64,000 nucleotides of DNA from Kordiimonadaceae bacterium (GCA_018675425.1 JABGYD010000057.1:34339-98338); one strand, 5' to 3'; counted from the stretch's first letter, positions 1 through 10,761 are shown. Notes: generated from the sequence alone by a model not told the origin. Numbers and translations: made by a program.

Positions 1-501
1 ACCAAAACCAAGGCCAATTAAACCTTCAAGATTATAGCGTACATCAGCGCCAGATGCCATCATGTACATGTAGTAAAGTGCTACGCCAAGTAGACCAAGA
101 CCAACAACAAGCATTCCTGTGATTGCACCTGATGTAAATGCAACATCAAGTGCTTTACCTAGGTCTTCAGATGCAGCTTGTGAAGTTCTAACATTTGCAC
201 GAACGGATACGTTCATGCCTATGTATCCAGCCGCGCCTGACAATACGGCACCAATAATGAAGCCGATAGCAACATGACCGCCAAGTAGCAAATAAAGCCC
301 AACGGTGACAACTGCCCCAACGATTGCAACTGCTTTATATTGACGATTCAAATATGCCGCGGCACCTTCTTGAATAGCTTCTGCGATTTCTTGCATACGC
401 TCATTACCAGTTCCAAAAGCCATAACCCTGCGTGTAGCATAAATGCCGTATAGCAAAGCAAGAACACCACAGCCGATAATTATTAAATTAATTTCAGTCA
501 T
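1..501 (-). CDS. hppA: H+-translocating (membrane) pyrophosphatase, N-terminal part; the CDS runs off the window start
   Basis: Absent from the ORF track because it is truncated. My translation from the ATG at 501-499 reads [58 protein letters not shown]...[15 protein letters not shown]. This matches the conserved N-terminus of membrane PPases. The frame stays open to base 1 (167 codons). Confidence 0.8.
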   Translation of the reverse strand, partial: MTEINLIIIGCGVLALLYGIYATRRVMAFGTGNERMQEIAEAIQEGAAAYLNRQYKAVAIVGAVVTVGLYLLLGGHVAIGFIIGAVLSGAAGYIGMNVSVRANVRTSQAASEDLGKALDVAFTSGAITGMLVVGLGLLGVALYYMYMMASGADVRYNLEGLIGLGFG

Positions 502-653
502 TATTCCCTCTAATTTTGTTTATTCTAAAAAAAACTTTTGATAAAATGAATATTTAATTACACTTTGAGGCTAATCCCCACAAAAGTTAAAGTACAATGC
601 TCAATTATGATCAGGAAATCAAGGACTGTTTAGGATTTACTCTTAATTGATAA

Positions 654-1598
654 TCAGAAGTTATGCCCCATAATTAAGCTTATAAATACGATAATACCAA
701 AATGATGATTTGATTTGAAAATTTTAAGGCATGTTTCCCTGTTATTGATGTCCAGAGAGCTGTATTGATAAATAAAATGAACACCTGCAAATAACATGCC
801 TGGGTAAAACCAAAAACCCATTTTTGAATACCAGCCTGCAGCCAAATAAAATAATAATGAACAACCATAAAATATAATAAGCCAGCGGTGAGTGTTGCTA
901 CCAAGGCGAAGAGCGGTGGATTTGATGCCAATAATTTTGTCTTCTTCACGGTCCTGATGTGCGTAAATTGTATCGTAACCTAAGGTCCAGAAAATACCAC
1001 CTATGTATAATAATGCCGCCGGCAATTCGATAGTTCCAGTAATAGCAGCCCAACCAAGAAGGGCTCCCCAATTAAAGGTAAATCCAAGCATAAGTTGCGG
1101 CCAGTAAGTGATTCTTTTCATTAGTGGATAAATAATAATAAGGATAAGAGATGCCGCTCCAACAATCTGTGCAAAATTGTTTAATTGGAGTAAAATATAT
1201 AAACCAATAAGAGATAAAAAAATTAAAAAAATAATTGCTCCAAACACAGAAACTCTTCCGCTTGGAATTGGGCGTTTCTTTGTTCTCTTAACTTTTCCAT
1301 CAGCGTCCCGGTCCCAAAGATCGTTAACAACGCATCCTGCGCCACGCATAACAATTGCTCCCAGAGAGAATAAAAGTAGCAAGTTTATGTCCGGTATTAT
1401 CATTTGATTGCCGTGAAAGTGACTAGCAAGAACGATAGACCAGAGGCCAGGCCACAAGAGAAGCCAAGTACCAATCGGCCGGTCCGCACGCATAAGCTGA
1501 AGATACCCCCAAGCAAAATCAGGGGATATTCTATGAACCCAACTTTTATGGATTGTGTCCTCAGGGGCTTTTTTTATACGCTCATTTAATTTAGTCAT
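654..1598 (-). CDS. ubiA: 4-hydroxybenzoate polyprenyltransferase (UbiA family)
   Basis: 314 aa polytopic membrane protein. It carries the UbiA Asp-rich motifs NDLWDRDADGKVKRTKKRPIPSG and YAHQDREEDKIIG. Confidence 0.88.
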   Translation of the reverse strand: MTKLNERIKKAPEDTIHKSWVHRISPDFAWGYLQLMRADRPIGTWLLLWPGLWSIVLASHFHGNQMIIPDINLLLLFSLGAIVMRGAGCVVNDLWDRDADGKVKRTKKRPIPSGRVSVFGAIIFLIFLSLIGLYILLQLNNFAQIVGAASLILIIIYPLMKRITYWPQLMLGFTFNWGALLGWAAITGTIELPAALLYIGGIFWTLGYDTIYAHQDREEDKIIGIKSTALRLGSNTHRWLIIFYGCSLLFYLAAGWYSKMGFWFYPGMLFAGVHFIYQYSSLDINNRETCLKIFKSNHHFGIIVFISLIMGHNF

Positions 1599-1656
1599 TT
1601 GTCTTTGTGTAAGTTAGGTTTATTATATCACTATAGTCATAACCGAAATTGAACAA

Positions 1657-2388
1657 ATGTCGAATAAAAAGCCAAAAACACGCCTCTATACATCACAAGA
1701 ACTCAAGGTTGGCTTGGTCTGCCTAGTAGATGGTAACAAAGGGCATCATTTGGTTAACGTAACGCGCACAAAAATGGGCGATTATGTTAATCTTTTTAAT
1801 GGTCGCGCTGGAGAATGGCTTGGTGAAATTACAAAAATTGGAAAAGGTAAAGCGAAAATTACTGTTCGCGAAAAAACGAATGAACAGACGTTTGAACAGG
1901 ATATATGGTATCTTTTTGCACCAATTAAAAAGGCTCGTGTAGATTATGTTGTTCAAAAAGCGACTGAGCTCGGGGTGTCTCGAATATCTCCAGTTATTAC
2001 AAGTCGGACAAATTTGGATCGGATAAAGCGGGATAAAATGGTAGCTAATTGCATTGACGCTGCTGAACAGTGTGGACGCATGACAATTCCTGAAGTTGAC
2101 GTCATGATTTCACTTGATGAAAAACTTAATAATTGGCCGAAAGATCGTGCGATAATTTTTTGCGATGAGGTAGAGGATGTAAATTTAATACAGAACTTAA
2201 AACCTACCTTTAAAAAGTGGGCTATTCTTATCGGGCCAGAGGGTGGTTTTTCACCGGAAGAAAGGAAAATGCTTAAAGATCATAAAAATACAACTTCTAT
2301 ATCTCTTGGTTCTCGTATCTTGCGGGCTGATACGGCTGCGGTGGCAGCACTATCACTTTGGCAATCTTATTTTGGGTGTTGGCGTTGA
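1657..2388 (+). CDS. rsmE: 16S rRNA (uracil1498-N3)-methyltransferase
   Basis: 243 aa with RsmE/SPOUT features: a PUA-like N-terminus, LFAPIKKARVDYVVQKATELGV, and GPEGGFSPEE near the C-terminus. Confidence 0.85.
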   Translation: MSNKKPKTRLYTSQELKVGLVCLVDGNKGHHLVNVTRTKMGDYVNLFNGRAGEWLGEITKIGKGKAKITVREKTNEQTFEQDIWYLFAPIKKARVDYVVQKATELGVSRISPVITSRTNLDRIKRDKMVANCIDAAEQCGRMTIPEVDVMISLDEKLNNWPKDRAIIFCDEVEDVNLIQNLKPTFKKWAILIGPEGGFSPEERKMLKDHKNTTSISLGSRILRADTAAVAALSLWQSYFGCWR

Positions 2389-2607
2389 TTAGTATAATTG
2401 ATATATCACACTAAATAATTGATAGGTTTTAAAGAGGTATTAGCAAAAAATTTCAAGAATTTTTTCTCTTGGATAGTTAAGATATTTCTTCCTTGTTAGG
2501 TATTTGGTTTAGCTGAGATGAAGTTGGGGTCAAACTATTGACATTATATTCTTAATTCCCACATGATAAACAGATCATATTTAAGATAATAATTAAAAGG
2601 CTAACTA

Positions 2608-3969
2608 GTGAGCAACCTATCCAGAAATTCATTCATAGAATCGAAAGAGCAATTAATTGATTATATTGCTTCGGGATCAAAGCCTAAAGAAGAGTGGAGC
2701 ATTGGCACGGAACATGAAAAATTTGTTTATTGCGTGGACAGTCAAAAACCAGTTCCTTACGAAGGCGAGCGCGGTATTAAGGCAATTTTGGAGGCGTTAA
2801 AAAAAGAATTTGATTGGGAACCAATTATGGAAGACCAATATATAATTGGCCTTCAAAAAGATGGTCAATCTGTATCTCTAGAACCTGGTGGACAGCTTGA
2901 ATTATCGGGCGCTATGGTAAAGACTTTGCATCAAACTTGTGCTGAGAGCACTAGCCACCTTCGCCAGGCCCAAGCAGTAAGTGAAAAACTTGGTATAAAA
3001 TATCTTGGTATGGGTTTTAATCCTAATACAAAACGTGATGATGTGCCAGTGATGCCTAAGGGCCGCTATAATATAATGCGTGAATATATGCCTAAGATGG
3101 GAAGCCTTGGACTTGATATGATGCTTCGGACGAGCACAATACAGGTTAACCTCGATTATTCTTCTGAGATCGACATGGTAAAAAAGTTTCGTGTCTCTCT
3201 CGCACTGCAGCCGCTTGCGACTGCAATATTTGCAGCCAGCCCTTTTACCGAGGGAAAACCTAACGGATTTCAAAGTTATCGCTCTCATATTTGGACAGAT
3301 ACGGACCCTGATCGCTGTGGAATTTTACCGTTTGTGTTTGAAGAGGGTATGGGGTTTGAAGCATATTTAGATCACGTACTAAATGTGCCAATGTATTTTG
3401 TATGTCGTGAGGGTATTTATCATGATGTCTCTGGTAAATCATTCAAAGATTTTATGAAGGGCACTCTCGAAGGGTTTGAAGGACAGGTCCCAACTATTGC
3501 TGACTGGGAAGATCATATGAGTACACTCTTTCCAGAAGTGCGCCTCAAAAAATTTCTTGAAATGCGTGGTGCTGATGGCGGCACCTGGAGTAAAATTTGC
3601 GCGCTTCCTGCACTTTGGGTAGGGCTCTTATATGATAATCAGTCACTTGACGAAGCTTGGCATATGGTCAAAGACTGGAAACACGAAGACCATCAATACC
3701 TTCGTACTCACGTGCCACGTGATGCGTTAAGTGTTCCTTTTAAAAACGGTACCGTCCAGGATTTTGCTAAGAAAATGCTTAATATTTCGGCTAAGGGGCT
3801 CGAGAGACGTGCATTCTTAAATAATACTGGTGAAGACGAGCGTATATTTTTAAAGTCGCTATATGAAACTGTTGAAAGCGGTAAAACAACTGCTCAGCTT
3901 ATGCTGGACCGCTATCATAGCGATTGGAATGGCAACATCGGTAAAGTATTTGAGGACTGTTCATTTTAA
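2608..3969 (+). CDS. gshA: Glutamate--cysteine ligase, plant/alphaproteobacterial type (GCS2)
   Basis: 453 aa with a GTG start. The conserved blocks IGTEHEKF, SLEPGGQLELSG and FPEVRLKKFLEMRGAD are typical of the plant-type GshA found in alphaproteobacteria. Confidence 0.85.
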   Translation: MSNLSRNSFIESKEQLIDYIASGSKPKEEWSIGTEHEKFVYCVDSQKPVPYEGERGIKAILEALKKEFDWEPIMEDQYIIGLQKDGQSVSLEPGGQLELSGAMVKTLHQTCAESTSHLRQAQAVSEKLGIKYLGMGFNPNTKRDDVPVMPKGRYNIMREYMPKMGSLGLDMMLRTSTIQVNLDYSSEIDMVKKFRVSLALQPLATAIFAASPFTEGKPNGFQSYRSHIWTDTDPDRCGILPFVFEEGMGFEAYLDHVLNVPMYFVCREGIYHDVSGKSFKDFMKGTLEGFEGQVPTIADWEDHMSTLFPEVRLKKFLEMRGADGGTWSKICALPALWVGLLYDNQSLDEAWHMVKDWKHEDHQYLRTHVPRDALSVPFKNGTVQDFAKKMLNISAKGLERRAFLNNTGEDERIFLKSLYETVESGKTTAQLMLDRYHSDWNGNIGKVFEDCSF

Positions 3970-4035
3970 AGTTAACAAAAAAAATAAAAGTAAATAAAAG
4001 TTTGATTTTTTGGACCTCTTTATTTTTTAAAAACC

Positions 4036-5415
4036 TCAATATTCACCAAACGAGCCCATAGGTCCAGGAAATACTACTGGGCTCTCGGCACCATTCTTGG
4101 AAATAGAACTCACACCAAAATAATAATTATCGATCACTAAGTTATTAAAGGTATATGTATCCACATCCCCGATGTATTTACTGTACGTCCATTGGTTGCT
4201 GTCGGTAAGACGCCAATATACTTTATAACCAGAGAGGTTTTGAGCCATTTTACCTTTTGGTTTTGTCCAGTTGATTACAGCAGATGCTCGAACTGCACCT
4301 TTTAAAGTTACATTTGATGGAAACGGTGGTGCGGCAGCCATTTCAGCAAGTACACTTATATTAAGAGCCGTAAGCTTTTTAGTATAATCAAAGTTTACAC
4401 CTTCAATCACGTCGCCATACTCGCGGCCATTTTCAACTCGGATATCCTGATGTTGACGGTCATAATGTTCATTAGTTTCCATAATGCGCACAGCTGGAAT
4501 ACCGACGGCATTAAATGGTCGGTGGTGACCACCGCGCCCAAAGCGGTCAAGCCTGTAAATCATCATTACATCTAAGTTAGGTACATATTTATCAGCTTGC
4601 CTATCAATAAAGCGTGCAATGTTTCGTGAAGGGCTATCTACTTCACCACCAGAAAATCGCCGTTGTCTGGCCTCATCTTCTGTTTCTACATAACGGGTAC
4701 CTTCTGAAAATACACGTGCTGATGTGTTGTTCACCACGCCATTAATACCAGTAATATTACCTATCATATCATTATTTAGAACTGCTTTTATACGCCATTT
4801 ATTCTTAAGCGCATGTGCAGCAACAATTCGGCCTCCATAAAGTCCTTGTTCTTCTCCGGAAAGGCCCATGTAAATAATTGATCCAGCAAATTTATATTTA
4901 CTGAGTATGCGGGCAGCTTCAATAACTCCGGCCATTCCAGAAGCGTTATCATTAGCTCCAGGGCTTTTATCGTTGCCGTTTAAGGGATCTGAAATTCGAC
5001 TGTCAATATCACCAGACATCGATACGTAGCGGTTTGGATCATGCTCACCTCTTTGTATTGCAATAACACTGACAACTTCTGTCGGTTCGGGTATACGGTT
5101 TCCAGTTACAATATCACTCACATACATAACATCAAGACAGCCGCCACAACTAGCACTTACCTTCTCAAATTCTGAAAAAATCCAGCGTCTGGCAGCACCA
5201 ATACCTTGAGTTTGTGATTTAGTATCCGATAATGTGTGACGGGTGCCGAAGCTTACTAGTTTACGAATATCATTTTCAATACGATCAGCTGAAACATCTC
5301 TAACCATTTGATGGATTATAGGAAGTTCCTGTGGGGGTACTTCCTGTGCAGTTGAAATGGAAAATATAAAAACCATATTACTCACAATAGTGAGTATATA
5401 CTTGATGAATAGCAT
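4036..5415 (-). CDS. Exported M28-family Zn aminopeptidase with a C-terminal FN3-like domain
   Basis: Hydrophobic N-terminal signal-like segment. M28 motifs GANDNASGMAGVIEAARIL and LSGEEQGLYGG are present. The C-terminal ~90 aa look beta-sandwich-like (VINWTKP...YKVYWR). Confidence 0.7.
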   Translation of the reverse strand: MLFIKYILTIVSNMVFIFSISTAQEVPPQELPIIHQMVRDVSADRIENDIRKLVSFGTRHTLSDTKSQTQGIGAARRWIFSEFEKVSASCGGCLDVMYVSDIVTGNRIPEPTEVVSVIAIQRGEHDPNRYVSMSGDIDSRISDPLNGNDKSPGANDNASGMAGVIEAARILSKYKFAGSIIYMGLSGEEQGLYGGRIVAAHALKNKWRIKAVLNNDMIGNITGINGVVNNTSARVFSEGTRYVETEDEARQRRFSGGEVDSPSRNIARFIDRQADKYVPNLDVMMIYRLDRFGRGGHHRPFNAVGIPAVRIMETNEHYDRQHQDIRVENGREYGDVIEGVNFDYTKKLTALNISVLAEMAAAPPFPSNVTLKGAVRASAVINWTKPKGKMAQNLSGYKVYWRLTDSNQWTYSKYIGDVDTYTFNNLVIDNYYFGVSSISKNGAESPVVFPGPMGSFGEY

Positions 5416-5620
5416 TTAATTTTCTCCCATGTATATTTTAATAGTACCATAAAACCGCATCACACTGGTCACGTCAACTTACATTTTATTGCAAATTGCG
5501 CTAGCAAGTACTAAAAAGATGTGAATTCTGGTTTTTTTTGGATGTCAATTATAGTAATTCATCTTTGCTAAACCTTTTTTATGAAAAATTAAGAAACACT
5601 AAATACATAGGAAATTAATA

Positions 5621-6214
5621 ATGAGCTTAGCTACCGAACAGAGAAAAATCGAGGTTTCGAAATTTTTGAAAAACGTAAGAAGCCTTGCTGGGCCTGTTGA
5701 AGTGAGCAGAAGTAATATAGAAAAGATAAAAGATTCTTTAGTGACAATGGCTTCAAAAAAAGAGCTTTGGTGTGAGGATGAGTTTCCAGCTCCAATTGGT
5801 GACAGTGTACAAACCCGTTATCTTATTTCACAGGATGATGACGATAGTTATGCACTATATTTAAATGTTATGCATACTGGCAAAACATCACCTCCCCATA
5901 ATCATACAACATGGGCGTGTATCGCCGCGGCGGAAGGTGAAGAATATAATTACCTCTTTTCTTCCGAAGACGAGGGACCGCTCGTACCCGGCGTTCGTAA
6001 AATTAATCCGTCGGAGACAATAATTGTTAAGCCGGGTCAAGGTATAGGATTACTTCAAGATGACATTCATTCTATAGCAATCAATGAAGGTGAAAGTACA
6101 CGTCATCTCCATCTTTATGGTCGTGGCCTTGAAACACTGACTAAACGCCTAATGTGGGATAAAGAACTGACCTCATGCAAATATTTTGTGATGGATGTTA
6201 AAACAACCAAATAA
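5621..6214 (+). CDS. Cupin-fold protein resembling cysteine-dioxygenase-type (COG5553-like) metalloenzymes
   Basis: 197 aa. The pattern TSPPHNHTTWACIAAAEGEEYNY ... DDIHSI ... RHLHLYG resembles the metal-binding and strand pattern of CDO-type cupins. This is motif-level recognition only. Confidence 0.45.
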   Translation: MSLATEQRKIEVSKFLKNVRSLAGPVEVSRSNIEKIKDSLVTMASKKELWCEDEFPAPIGDSVQTRYLISQDDDDSYALYLNVMHTGKTSPPHNHTTWACIAAAEGEEYNYLFSSEDEGPLVPGVRKINPSETIIVKPGQGIGLLQDDIHSIAINEGESTRHLHLYGRGLETLTKRLMWDKELTSCKYFVMDVKTTK

Positions 6215-6244
6215 CTGATGAATTCTATAACTTTAATTAAAGTA

Positions 6245-6273
6245 GAAAAAAGGCCGGGATAACCCGGCCTTTT
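6245..6273. terminator. Bidirectional intrinsic terminator between the convergent cupin gene and gcvPB
   Basis: aaaaaaa-GGCCGGG-ataa-CCCGGCC-tttt. The perfect 7-bp GC stem is flanked by an A-run and a T-run. Confidence 0.8.
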
Positions 6274-6278
6274 GATTC

Positions 6279-7826
6279 TTATTCTTCACCCTCATTTGCC
6301 CGCCAACGTAGAACGGGGTTTCTGGCAGCACCTGTTTCATCAAGCCTCTTCAGCGGTGCAAAGTGAGGTGCGCCAGTAAAGCGCTCTATTTCACCAGCTT
6401 TTGCCTTTTCGACAAGGTGCCGCATCATACCAATAAATTGATCTACTGACTGCTTACTTTCAGATTCTGTTGGTTCAATAAGCATTGCTCCGTGGACGAC
6501 CAACGGGAAATACATAGTCATCGGATGGTAGCCTTCGTCAATCATTGCTTTAGCAAAATCAAGTGTACTGATGCCAGTATCTTTTAAGAAACGGTCATCA
6601 AACAACGCTTCATGCATACAAGGCCCTTCAAACGAGGCACTCATAATATCTTTTAAACTTGCGAGTACGTAATTTGCATTGAGAACACTGTCTTCTGCTA
6701 CCTTCGCCAAACCATCAGCACCATGTGACATCATATAAGAAAGAGCACGAATAAACATTCCCATTTGTCCATGGAAAGCGGTCATACGACCGAAACTTTT
6801 TCCAGTTGGATCATGTTCAATTAGTTCAAAATTTTCTTCGCCTGCAATCACGTAGGGCATCGGTGCAAAGGGGGCGAGTGCTTCAGAGAGTACCACTGGA
6901 CCTGCTCCTGGACCTCCACCTCCGTGTGGGGTTGAAAATGTTTTATGCAAATTAATATGCATGGCATCAACACCTAAATCACCTGGACGTACCTTGCCAA
7001 CTATAGCGTTAAAGTTAGCGCCGTCACAGTAAAAATAACCACCAACTGCATGAACTGCGTCAGCTATTTCAATGATTTCGCGTTCAAATAATCCGCAAGT
7101 ATTTGGATTAGTAACCATAATTGCCGCCACATCAGGACCAAGGGCTTCTTTCATGGCCTCAAGGTCCACTCGGCCGTCTTCCGTGGCAGGTATTGGTTTT
7201 ACCCGGTAACCACAAAGTGACGCAGTTGCGGGATTAGTTCCGTGAGCACTTTCTGGTGCAAGTACTATAGAGCGAGCGTCTCCTTTTGCTTCCAATGCAG
7301 CACGTATTGTCATAAGGCCACAAAGTTCGCCATGAGCACCAGCTTTTGGTGACATAGCAACGGCTGGCATGCCAGTCATTGTTTTAAGCCAATGCGCCAG
7401 TGTGTCGATCAAATCAAGTGCACCTTGAGTAGTACTAATTGGTTGGAGTGGATGGATATCTCCAAGGCCAGATAATCGTGCCATCTTCTCGTTTAGGCGA
7501 GGATTATGTTTCATAGTGCACGAACCTAATGGATAAAGGCCGAGATCAATGGCAAAATTTTTGCGACTAAGGCGCGTATAATGGCGCATAACTTCTGGTT
7601 CAGTCAGGCCAGCTAGGCCAATTTCATTAGTTCGTTCCATACCACCAAGTGCACTTTTAAAATCGTTTACTTCTTTAAAGTCTACACCAGTTCTTTCAGT
7701 ATCACCAATTTCATATATGAGACCTTCAGCTTGCGAAAGCCCTTGGCTTCCTGTGAAGGTTTCATAGATATTACTAACATTTTTAACGCTACTAGTATTT
7801 GTTGGGCGTCCTTGATTATTCATCAT
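6279..7826 (-). CDS. gcvPB: Glycine dehydrogenase (decarboxylating) subunit 2 (P-protein C-terminal half)
   Basis: 515 aa with a PLP-lysine region NLHKTFSTPHGGGGPG. It has a 4-nt overlap with gcvPA and sits in a gcvT-H-PA-PB operon. Confidence 0.92.
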   Translation of the reverse strand: MMNNQGRPTNTSSVKNVSNIYETFTGSQGLSQAEGLIYEIGDTERTGVDFKEVNDFKSALGGMERTNEIGLAGLTEPEVMRHYTRLSRKNFAIDLGLYPLGSCTMKHNPRLNEKMARLSGLGDIHPLQPISTTQGALDLIDTLAHWLKTMTGMPAVAMSPKAGAHGELCGLMTIRAALEAKGDARSIVLAPESAHGTNPATASLCGYRVKPIPATEDGRVDLEAMKEALGPDVAAIMVTNPNTCGLFEREIIEIADAVHAVGGYFYCDGANFNAIVGKVRPGDLGVDAMHINLHKTFSTPHGGGGPGAGPVVLSEALAPFAPMPYVIAGEENFELIEHDPTGKSFGRMTAFHGQMGMFIRALSYMMSHGADGLAKVAEDSVLNANYVLASLKDIMSASFEGPCMHEALFDDRFLKDTGISTLDFAKAMIDEGYHPMTMYFPLVVHGAMLIEPTESESKQSVDQFIGMMRHLVEKAKAGEIERFTGAPHFAPLKRLDETGAARNPVLRWRANEGEE

Positions 7827-9169
7827 TTTAGCACTTCTTTCAGTTCTTCTACGAGAATATCCATATCGTCTTCCGATGTGGTTTCTGTCACAGCAATAAG
7901 CAAGTCATTTTTAAGTTCTTTATTTTTTGGATAAAGCCTGGAAATGGGTAATCCGGCTATTACATCATGTTCAACGAGCGCCTCAACTACCTCAGCTGCA
8001 TCTTTATTGAGGCGAACTGTAAACTCGTTAAAAAATGTACTATTGAGAACCGTAATGCCATTAATGGTTGCTAATTTATCTCTAAGTTTAACTGCTCCGG
8101 CATGATTAATTTTGGCGAGCTGACGGTATCCTTTTTCTCCAAGGAGTGTCATATGAATAGTGAAGGCAAGAGTGCATAAACCGGCATTAGTGCATATGTT
8201 ACTTGTTGCTTTTTCGCGGCGAATGTGTTGTTCGCGAGTTGACAGGGTTAACACATAGCCGCGCTTTCCTTCTGCGTCAGTAGTTTCTCCGCAAAGCCGT
8301 CCAGGAAGTTGGCGAACATATTTTTGTCTGGTAGCAAAAAGCCCTGCATAAGGTCCGCCGTAACAGAGGCCATTACCAATAGACTGCCCTTCACCAACGA
8401 CGATGTCCGCTCCTATTTCACCTGGTGACTTAATAGCACCAAGGGCTACAATTTCAGTTGTAACCACAACCAGCAATTTTTTTCTATTATGAAGAGCTTC
8501 AGCAAGTGCTGAATAGTCCTGAATGTTGCCAAAAAAGTCGGGATACTGAACAATTACACAGCTAGTATCATCATCAATTTGATTGATTAAATCTTCTGTA
8601 GTTTCAACCATTGGATCATTAACAATAATATTATCATCGGTATATTTGGTCGCCGATTTAACAACTTCAATATATTGCGGATGGAGATTGCCGCTTAAAA
8701 TAACTTTTTTCTTTTTTGTGACCCGGCGAGCCATAAGGGCTGCTTCGCCGCATGCGGTGGATCCATCATACATAGAAGCGTTAGCAACATCCATTCCAGT
8801 AATTTGTGCTACTTGAGTTTGGAACTCATAAAGGGTCTGAAGGGTACCCTGTGAAATTTCTGGCTGATAAGGGGTATATGCAGTAAGAAACTCACCACGT
8901 TGGATTTGGTAATCAACAGTACTAGGGACATGATGATGATATGCCCCTGCTCCAACAAAGAAGGGTACAGATCCTGCAGCTATATTTTTAGCTGCAAAAG
9001 CAGAAAAATTTTGTTCAACCTCCATTTCGGTCATATGAAGGGGTAAGTCTAAAAACCCTTTTAAAAGGGCGTGTCTTGGCACATCATCAAATAACTCGTT
9101 GATGTCTTGGACGCCGATTTTTTTGAGCATTTTTGCTCTATCATCGGAGGAAAGGGGTAAATAACGCAT
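7823..9169 (-). CDS. gcvPA: Glycine dehydrogenase (decarboxylating) subunit 1
   Basis: 448 aa with conserved FLTAYTPYQPEISQGTLQ and operon context. Confidence 0.92.
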   Translation of the reverse strand: MRYLPLSSDDRAKMLKKIGVQDINELFDDVPRHALLKGFLDLPLHMTEMEVEQNFSAFAAKNIAAGSVPFFVGAGAYHHHVPSTVDYQIQRGEFLTAYTPYQPEISQGTLQTLYEFQTQVAQITGMDVANASMYDGSTACGEAALMARRVTKKKKVILSGNLHPQYIEVVKSATKYTDDNIIVNDPMVETTEDLINQIDDDTSCVIVQYPDFFGNIQDYSALAEALHNRKKLLVVVTTEIVALGAIKSPGEIGADIVVGEGQSIGNGLCYGGPYAGLFATRQKYVRQLPGRLCGETTDAEGKRGYVLTLSTREQHIRREKATSNICTNAGLCTLAFTIHMTLLGEKGYRQLAKINHAGAVKLRDKLATINGITVLNSTFFNEFTVRLNKDAAEVVEALVEHDVIAGLPISRLYPKNKELKNDLLIAVTETTSEDDMDILVEELKEVLK

Positions 9170-9201
9170 GTATTAAACCTTAAAATAATTACTTGATGCT
9201 T

Positions 9202-9576
9202 TTATTCCAACCCGGCAATAAAAGTTTTATAGTCGCCTGCATCCATTAGTTCTTCTAATTCGTCTTTATTGGAGACTGTTACCTTAAAGAACCAACCATC
9301 ACCGTCAGGTGAACTATTGACTAGCGCCGCATTTTCTTCGAGGTCTTCATTCACAGCCGTAATTTCACCTGTAACAGGTGAATAAATTTCAGATGCAGCT
9401 TTAACACTCTCAACCACTGAAACCTCGTCGCCCTTAGCGAACTCATCACCAACCTCTGGTACCTCCACAAAAACGATATCACCGAGGGCATTTTGTGCAT
9501 ATTCGGTAATACCGACTGTGCCAACACTGCCTTCAACATTGATCCATTCATGATCTTCTGAATAATAAATTGTCAT
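9202..9576 (-). CDS. gcvH: Glycine cleavage system H protein
   Basis: Lipoyl-lysine motif ESVKAASEIYSP. I trimmed the ORF-track start to the ATG at 9576 (MTIYYSEDHEW), which has an AAGGGA Shine-Dalgarno sequence 7 nt upstream and removes the overlap with gcvT. Confidence 0.9.
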   Translation of the reverse strand: MTIYYSEDHEWINVEGSVGTVGITEYAQNALGDIVFVEVPEVGDEFAKGDEVSVVESVKAASEIYSPVTGEITAVNEDLEENAALVNSSPDGDGWFFKVTVSNKDELEELMDAGDYKTFIAGLE

Positions 9577-9592
9577 AATAATTTCCCTTCTA

Positions 9593-10714
9593 TTAATGTT
9601 TTCTAAAGTATTGTTGAGGAACAAATGGCATGATATCTACTCTTGCTTCGAGCTTTTTCTTTCTCACAGCAAGGAAGACCTTGGTTCCTTTTTCTGAAAA
9701 TTCTGTTTTGATATACCCCATAGCAATAGGACCACCAAAAGTAGGACCAAAACCGCCACTAGTAATTTCACCTATTACATTGTCTCTAGCATCTAAAACC
9801 TGTGTTCCTTCACGGGCAGGTGCGCGCCCATCTGGCAGGATACCAACACGTCTTTTTTTAATATTTTTGTTTGCAATTTGGTCAAGGATTTTATCGGCTC
9901 CAGGGAAACCTCCCTGTTCACGGCGCCGCTTGCCAATAGACCACTCAAGTGCTCCCTCGATCGGTGTAGTTTTTACCGTAATGTCGTGACCATATAAACA
10001 AAGGCCTGCCTCAAGGCGTAAGCTATCTCGGGCACCAAGCCCAATAACTTCAACTTCTGGCTCGGAAAGTAATAACCTGCATATGTCTTCTGCCCTATCA
10101 GCTGGAATTGAAATTTCATGACCGTCTTCTCCAGTATAACCACAACGGCTAATAAAACATGTTACACCGTCTATTTTTGCTTCCAGGTAGGACATAAAAT
10201 TTTGTTCTTTGGCTTCAGAAACGAAGCGTGATATCACAGTTGCTGCCATTGGACCTTGAAGTGCAATAAGTGCTCTATCAGTTAGTTCATTAAGCTTTAA
10301 GTGATCTGGCAAATGCGCACGCATGTGAGCTATATCCTGCTCCTTACAAGCAGCATTGACGACCATAAACATATCATTGTCACGCTTAGTGATCATCAAA
10401 TCATCGAGAATTCCACCATCTTCGTTTGTAAACATCGTATAGCGTATACGGCCCGGTTTAAGATCAATAATATTTCCAGGTACAAGTGTTTCAAGCCACA
10501 CATCGGCTCCATCACCAGTTATGACAACTTGTCCCATATGGGATACATCAAAAAGACCAGCATGTTCCCGCGTGTGTTTATGTTCAGCCATTACTCCGAG
10601 TGGGTACTGGACGGGCATAAGGTAATTAGCAAAAGGCACCATCTTGCCGCCCAGTTCTTCGTGAAGTGAGTAAAGAGGTGTTTTTAGAGAATTTCTATCT
10701 TGTTCACTCATCAT
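9593..10714 (-). CDS. gcvT: Aminomethyltransferase (glycine cleavage T protein)
   Basis: GcvT blocks HTREHAGLFDVSHMGQ and GYTGEDGHEISIP. I trimmed the start to the ATG at 10714 (MMSEQ...), because the 28-codon extension in the ORF track runs into the riboswitch. Confidence 0.9.
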   Translation of the reverse strand: MMSEQDRNSLKTPLYSLHEELGGKMVPFANYLMPVQYPLGVMAEHKHTREHAGLFDVSHMGQVVITGDGADVWLETLVPGNIIDLKPGRIRYTMFTNEDGGILDDLMITKRDNDMFMVVNAACKEQDIAHMRAHLPDHLKLNELTDRALIALQGPMAATVISRFVSEAKEQNFMSYLEAKIDGVTCFISRCGYTGEDGHEISIPADRAEDICRLLLSEPEVEVIGLGARDSLRLEAGLCLYGHDITVKTTPIEGALEWSIGKRRREQGGFPGADKILDQIANKNIKKRRVGILPDGRAPAREGTQVLDARDNVIGEITSGGFGPTFGGPIAMGYIKTEFSEKGTKVFLAVRKKKLEARVDIMPFVPQQYFRKH

Positions 10715-10761
10715 TTGTTCCAGAGTAAGCACAGTCAGCACGCAAACCCGTACCATCGGTG

